From: Candidatus Latescibacterota bacterium
GTDB lineage: Bacteria > Latescibacterota > UBA2968 > GCA-2709665
Length of the DNA: 64,000 nucleotides
Assembly (NCBI GenBank): GCA_965237675.1
Contig: OZ250150.1
Span: 2,080,001 to 2,144,000 of the forward strand
Direction: 5' to 3'
Shown piece after piece: positions 59,396-64,000 of the stretch. Each line of letters starts with the position of its first letter. Within the stretch, counting starts at the first letter, position 1. A program made the position numbers and the translations under genes. The notes under the pieces were generated by a model that was not told the origin of the DNA, did no database searches, and worked only from the letters and a program-made list of their open reading frames with translations.

Positions 59396-59815
59396 ATGCG
59401 AAAGTGTGACTACAGCCTTACGTGGTACCATGGCTCTCAGCAAAAGCTGACGGAACTTCGCGCCGGAAGTTCGATCACGCAGAACCGAAATCTGGCGAAA
59501 GCGTTTTCCCACAGGCCCTCGCTTGTCAGTAGGTCTTACCCGGACGAGTCCCTGTCCGACGATTGTAACGTGAAACACAATAGCGTCACGCCGGGTTATC
59601 TCTATACTGTTTCCGAGGAGATCGGTCCGGAGGATATCGATCCGCATCCCCACCCGGCGAATGCCGATCGCTGGGAGTGGTTGACCAGACGGGAACTGAC
59701 GCTGGAATTCATCCAAGAAACGATCGTGACGGATCGAGAGCGTCTGACAGACGAAGAAATCGCACAACTCAGGCAGAAACAGGAGCAACGGGGCGAGGAG
59801 ACGTTTGCGGAGTGA
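59396..59815 (+). CDS. Hypothetical protein, possible ADP-ribosyltransferase fold
   Basis: RBS GAGG; WYHGS...SITQNRNLAKAF...GYLYTV...WEWLTRRELTL; the paralogous remnant upstream supports coding status. Confidence 0.65.
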   Translation: MRKCDYSLTWYHGSQQKLTELRAGSSITQNRNLAKAFSHRPSLVSRSYPDESLSDDCNVKHNSVTPGYLYTVSEEIGPEDIDPHPHPANADRWEWLTRRELTLEFIQETIVTDRERLTDEEIAQLRQKQEQRGEETFAE

Positions 59816-60068
59816 CGGGAACGATTGCCGCGATCTATTTCTGGTTCCCGCACACTTGCATTTTGAAATGGCGGTATATATATTTCGAGAGCATGCAGGA
59901 CAACCGGCCGCACCGTCGCTCTGAGCACTGCCTCAAACCTGTTCAGTGGTCCCAGCGGGACAGGTTCCATGTGCGGGTCACGCCTACTTCACTTGCAGTG
60001 GAGTTCGGGCGCGTAGCGCCCACTTTCCCGTTACCGAGAGATGAAACGGCGATCCATTCAGGTCTTAG

Positions 60069-60228
60069 CAGTCCGTTGATAAAGTCGCTCTGCAGGCGAG
60101 GCCGAGTCATTGTGGCCGAAGACAAGGCGCGCGACCGCGTCGAATCGGGGGATTCGGGGAGGGAGTGCAACGCAGTAATTCGGCCACAAGGGCCGGACGC
60201 AGCCCGGATGGACTTTTTCAACGGGCTG
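60069..60228. mobile_element. 160-bp MITE, copy 2
   Basis: Same TIRs and flanking TTAG (60065-68, 60229-32) as copy 1; three substitutions seen by eye. Confidence 0.9.
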
Positions 60229-60307
60229 TTAGGCGGACCCACTCTTTATAGGCATGCAGTATCTTGCGACAAGAGAAGATGCCTTTCTCAAGAATGGAGA
60301 ATTCGCG

Positions 60308-60565
60308 ATGGCTGATGTAGAACGGAATAGGTTAGAATTGGGAAAGATCGTCTCGCGTGATCCTGAAATCCACAGCGGAGACCTTGTATTTGCCGGCACG
60401 AGGGTTCCGGTAGACTGTCTGGTGGGTTATATTAAAGGGGGGCACTCCATCGAAGAGTTCCTCCTGGACTATCCCACGGTCGAGCGCTGGCAGATAGAGC
60501 GGTTTCTCGACCTTGCAGCCGAGGGTCTGGAGCACTTGAGAGCACAGGATGCGAGTGCTTCGTGA
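60308..60565 (+). CDS. DUF433-family antitoxin
   Basis: IVSRDPEIHSGDLVFAGTRVPV...GHSIEEFLLDYPTV; RBS GGAG. Confidence 0.9.
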   Translation: MADVERNRLELGKIVSRDPEIHSGDLVFAGTRVPVDCLVGYIKGGHSIEEFLLDYPTVERWQIERFLDLAAEGLEHLRAQDASAS

Positions 60566-60875
60566 CGAGGATGTTCCGATCAGACTCAGACTCTACTTCC
60601 AATCAGAAGTAGAGGTCGAAACGGTGGCGTATCGTGGATGGAAGGGTCTTAAAAACGGCGCATTACTGCGTGCCGCCCAACGACATTTCGATGTTCTTGT
60701 TACGATGGACAATAACCTTCCTGATCAACAATCTCTTCAACAATTCGACCTGGGCGTGGCTGTCTTGCGTGCATCGAGCAATACGCTTGAGGGTTTGGTA
60801 GCAATGGTATCAGAAATCGAAAGAGTGCTACCTGAGATCCGGCCTGGACAAGCTTTGCGGATCTATCCCAAATAG
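60549..60875 (+). CDS. DUF5615 / Mut7-C-like PIN-domain toxin
   Basis: MRVLRDEDVP, GWKGLKNGALLRAA, FDVLVTMDNNL; overlaps the DUF433 gene. Confidence 0.87.
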   Translation: MRVLRDEDVPIRLRLYFQSEVEVETVAYRGWKGLKNGALLRAAQRHFDVLVTMDNNLPDQQSLQQFDLGVAVLRASSNTLEGLVAMVSEIERVLPEIRPGQALRIYPK

Positions 60876-61223
60876 ACTGCGGCCTCCATATCATTGACAA
60901 GGCCAGCACCTCATCGCCACAGGCTGCCACGACGCAGAAGTACGACCTCCCGGATCACCCTCCGCACGCAACAACGTCAACAACCCGGATCCCCGCCGGC
61001 AATTTTACACTCGTCGTCGAGGAACAACACAAAATCGCGGCATGACGATATCGAAGCGCTGTCTCCCTTGAGGATCCGACGCCAGCCCGGATAATATCCG
61101 TGCCGTTTCACGGGAATTTCGAGGTCGGGAACTATATCAACAGTCCCACGCGGTGGACTCCTCAGGCTCTCGGTCCAATAGCAGACGATATCACTCCAAA
61201 CTAATTCTGGAGGTACGCAACTC

Positions 61224-61631
61224 ATGACCCCCTGGAAGATCAATCTGGACGACGTGCCTGAAGATCATCAGACGTGGACCTGGAAGACCGGAAGCTACGA
61301 ACGCTTTCGCCGCCATGTATCCGTCGCCCTGGGAAACACCCCGGAAACACCCCATCCGTTCGACGTGGAACTGACGCGTCTGCCGCCGGGGGCGCGGCCA
61401 TGTCCGGTGCATTCGCATGCCCGCACATGGGAATTCTTCATTGTCGTGTCCGGCCGCGCCGTGGTCGATCGTGAAGGAGATTCCACCGAAGCCGTCGCCG
61501 GAGACTGCTTCATGCAACCGGCGGGCACCCGGCACCGGATCCGAAATGCCAGCCGATCCGAAGATCTGGTCTTCTACGTTATCGCCAACGAGCACGGCGA
61601 GCCCGATCCGGGCCGGAAATATCGGGTCTGA
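61224..61631 (+). CDS. Cupin-domain protein
   Basis: RLPPGARPCPVHSHARTWEFFIVVSG...AGDCF..PAGTRHRIRN; RBS GGAGG. Confidence 0.9.
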   Translation: MTPWKINLDDVPEDHQTWTWKTGSYERFRRHVSVALGNTPETPHPFDVELTRLPPGARPCPVHSHARTWEFFIVVSGRAVVDREGDSTEAVAGDCFMQPAGTRHRIRNASRSEDLVFYVIANEHGEPDPGRKYRV

Positions 61632-61809
61632 TCAGCACGGTATAAAGCTCGATCTGCCCGCTGTCGTCTATCGACGCGAACGCCCCCTCCCCCCGCGTTC
61701 CGCGTCTGCGCCGCCTGAACGGGACGGTTAGCGCCCGCACCGGAATCGCGGAATCGTCTCTCCCGCCCTCGTCAGATATTGATTCCTGGAATCCGCTTGG
61801 GGACTCAAA

Positions 61810-62697
61810 TTGGGGTTTTCGATCTCTCCCGGTGAGGTCTTCGGGCTGATGTGCTCGGTCGTCTGGGCGCTGAACAGCCTGATGGTCCGCACGCAGTCAC
61901 AGGCGATCCCTCCGGCGATGATGAACGGCATCCGGTGCGCTGTGGCCACCGTATTTTTCTGGGCCATGCTCCCGTTCGGTCCGCCGCTTTCCAGCTACGC
62001 CTACGTCACTGGAACGGAGTGGGCGCTCCTCGTGGGGGGGCTGGTGATCGGGATGGCCATCGGCGAGACGATGTACCTGGCGGCAATCAAGGAGATCGGC
62101 GTGTCGCGCGCGATGGCGATGTCCGGGACCTTCCCGCTCGCCACGTTTTTCTTCGAGTGGGTCCTGCTTCAGAATCCGTTCAGCCGGAGATTCTTCCTCG
62201 GGATCTGTCTCGTGGCCGTGGGGGTGATCTTTCTTTCAAGCCGGGCCCGGCAGCCCTCCGGTGAGCGGCCCGTTCGGCTCGCGCTGGGCACATCCCTGGC
62301 GCTGTTCGCCTGCCTGCTGTGGGGCCTGAGCACGGTGATGCTCAAACCGGCGATCGCGCACATGACGTCCGTTCAGGCCAACAGTGTCCGCGTGCCGATC
62401 ACGGCCGCGTTGCTCTTCCTGGCCCGGGCCTGGACCGGCCCGGTGATGCGCATCCGGGATATCGACCGGCGGGCGCTGTCTATTGTGGCCGCCAGCGGGA
62501 TCGTCGGCGTGGGCGCCGGATCCATGCTGTACTTGATGGCGATCAGCCGGATCGGACCCGCCAAGATGGCCACCCTGGCGTCTGTCTCCCCCGTTCTGGG
62601 GCTGGTGATGGCGGTCATCTTTCTGAAGGAGAAGTTGACCCTGCGGCTGGTGACGGGTGTGATATTCTGTGTGACGGGCGTGTGGATGGTCCTTTGA
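61810..62697 (+). CDS. DMT/EamA-family transporter
   Basis: Ten hydrophobic segments in two repeats; AIKEIGVSRA, AISRIGPAK, FLKEKLT. Confidence 0.9.
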   Translation: MGFSISPGEVFGLMCSVVWALNSLMVRTQSQAIPPAMMNGIRCAVATVFFWAMLPFGPPLSSYAYVTGTEWALLVGGLVIGMAIGETMYLAAIKEIGVSRAMAMSGTFPLATFFFEWVLLQNPFSRRFFLGICLVAVGVIFLSSRARQPSGERPVRLALGTSLALFACLLWGLSTVMLKPAIAHMTSVQANSVRVPITAALLFLARAWTGPVMRIRDIDRRALSIVAASGIVGVGAGSMLYLMAISRIGPAKMATLASVSPVLGLVMAVIFLKEKLTLRLVTGVIFCVTGVWMVL

Positions 62698-62812
62698 CGC
62701 AAGGGCCCTCTCGAGACTACACACACTTGTGTGTGTATATAGCGCCGTCCGGGCTCCGTTGGCGCTGACGGCAGATCGGCGGAGATGGACCGAGAAGACG
62801 CGAGGCGGGTTT

Positions 62813-63532
62813 ATGATTCGCGAAATGATGGACGTTCTGTTCACCAGGGAACTGCTGGTTGCCCACCCGGATGAATGGGGTATTGCCGAGTATTGCGACC
62901 ATCCCGTTTCGATAGGCTATGCGACCACGATTACGCCGGATACGATAAAGACGGCAGTCGATCGGGACGTGGATGTCATTGTCACGCACCACGATGCCTG
63001 GGAGTTCATGTTCGAGCAGAGGGAGGAGGTCCGAGCTCTGCTACGCAAAAACGGCCTGACGCACATCTGGGCGCACCTCCCGCTCGACCTGGCGGATTTC
63101 GGAACCTCGGCAATGCTGCTATCGGAGATCGGTTGTACCCCTGTGGCCACGCTGGCTGAAAACGCGGGAAGGGTGGGCGAACTATCCGAACCCGCCAGCC
63201 TGGCCACGGTGCGCTCAAACCTCACGTCTCTGCTGTCCGAGGAGCCCTGTAGAGTGCATGATGCGAACCGGTCCGTGCGCAGGGTAGGCACGGTAACGGG
63301 TGCGGGAATCTATACCACCTTTCTGCGAGATGCGTTGCATTTCGGGATCGACCTGTACGTCACAGGGGAGACGAATCTCTATCTGCTGGAGTACGCCAAA
63401 TTTAAAAACGTCAACGTGCTGGTGTATTCGCACAACTATTCGGAGCTACCGGGTGTAAACGCCTTCGCAAGACGAATTGCCGGGGCGTTGAATCTCGAGT
63501 TGAAGGGCCATCTGGGGGATTCTCATTTTTGA
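62813..63532 (+). CDS. Nif3-like dinuclear metal-centre protein
   Basis: VIVTHHD, AHLPLD, VTGAG, YVTGE, SHNYSE. Confidence 0.85.
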   Translation: MIREMMDVLFTRELLVAHPDEWGIAEYCDHPVSIGYATTITPDTIKTAVDRDVDVIVTHHDAWEFMFEQREEVRALLRKNGLTHIWAHLPLDLADFGTSAMLLSEIGCTPVATLAENAGRVGELSEPASLATVRSNLTSLLSEEPCRVHDANRSVRRVGTVTGAGIYTTFLRDALHFGIDLYVTGETNLYLLEYAKFKNVNVLVYSHNYSELPGVNAFARRIAGALNLELKGHLGDSHF

Positions 63533-63567
63533 GGACGGTTTGTACAGAACAAAGCCGCCGTCCAGAT

Positions 63568-64000
63568 ATGGTGTTTCGAATGGCAGAGGTCACGCGAAGT
63601 CACATCCATACCGTCAAAGACGCAGAGCTTTTCGACCATTCCCTGGCTGAAGAGGTTGATTGGGAGTCCTTCTAGGCGAAGAGAAAGCGGACTCCGCCTT
63701 TTCTGAGGAATGTCCCGGACGAGAATCTGGTCAGATACTTAGAACAGGGGCGCCTCAGTTCCGGTAACGCTATCGATCTGGGTTGCGGGATCGGTCGGAA
63801 CGCGGTCTATCTGGCAAAGGCGGGTTGCCGGGTGGACGCCATCGATTTATCGCGGACTGCGATCGGTAGAGGACGTCTTTTTGCAGAGGAAGCGCGGGTT
63901 GACGTCAAATTCATCGTCGGGTCGGTCTTTGATATACCGCTGCTCGAGAACCATTACGACATTGCTTGCGATTCCGGCCTATTCCATCATTTGCCGCCAC
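63568..64000 (+). pseudogene. Class I SAM methyltransferase interrupted by in-frame TAG (63673-63675); runs off window end
   Basis: ...EVDWESF*AKRKRTPPFLRNVPDENLVRYLEQG...AIDLGCGIGRNAVYLAKAGCRVDAIDLS...DSGLFHHLPP; reading frame intact on both sides of the TAG. Confidence 0.75.

Noticed and set aside
60876-61223. ORF 60977-61243(-) with DFVLFLDDE, resembling a GT2 motif
   Set aside because: Too short, overlaps the cupin start and has no other GT2 motifs; at most an unidentifiable remnant.
63673-63675. Pyrrolysine recoding of the TAG
   Set aside because: The position appears to correspond to Tyr in an ordinary class I methyltransferase, not a methylamine methyltransferase; no pyl genes in the window.
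1-64000. CRISPR array, tRNA or rRNA genes
   Set aside because: No regularly spaced direct repeats, cloverleaf with T-loop consensus or rRNA-like stretch found by eye; GTCGAATCC hits near 54041 and 54200 lack the other tRNA arms.

Overview
GC-rich bacterial chromosomal window. Lineage cannot be fixed from sequence alone, but the dockerin/EF-hand-tagged secreted protein, FGE-sulfatase and HEAT proteins and many Gfo/Idh/MocA genes resemble Latescibacterota/Gemmatimonadota-like marine or host-associated genomes. Layout: 0-24 kb is mostly housekeeping and cell wall (SPOR, MltD, mreD-mrdA-rodA, dnaE, aroA, M48/LdcA/Mur ligase, a fused alpha-beta glycyl-tRNA synthetase, rsmD). 24-38 kb is a long minus-strand run (epimerase, ceramidase-like, mutarotase-like, double FGE-sulfatase, HEAT lipoprotein, Vgb-like propeller, Fe3+/polyamine-type ABC importer). 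39-58 kb holds transport and uncharacterised catabolic genes. 58-64 kb is an accessory, decaying patch with gene remnants, a MITE and a DUF433/DUF5615 toxin-antitoxin pair. The best hidden signal is a probable selenoprotein missed by the ORF track: a DUF5069-like gene (24010-24288) whose in-frame TGA sits where the family has Cys, followed by a SECIS-like hairpin, with a terminator after the read-through stop. Other notable items: a two-copy 160-bp structured MITE with TTAG duplications, a GH106-like protein apparently lacking its catalytic acids, a stand-alone double McsA-type zinc-ribbon protein behind a palindromic operator, and an Arr-like ADP-ribosyltransferase-fold orphan with a decayed duplicate. 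No rRNA, tRNA or CRISPR array was seen. Family assignments are by motif recognition, not database search.
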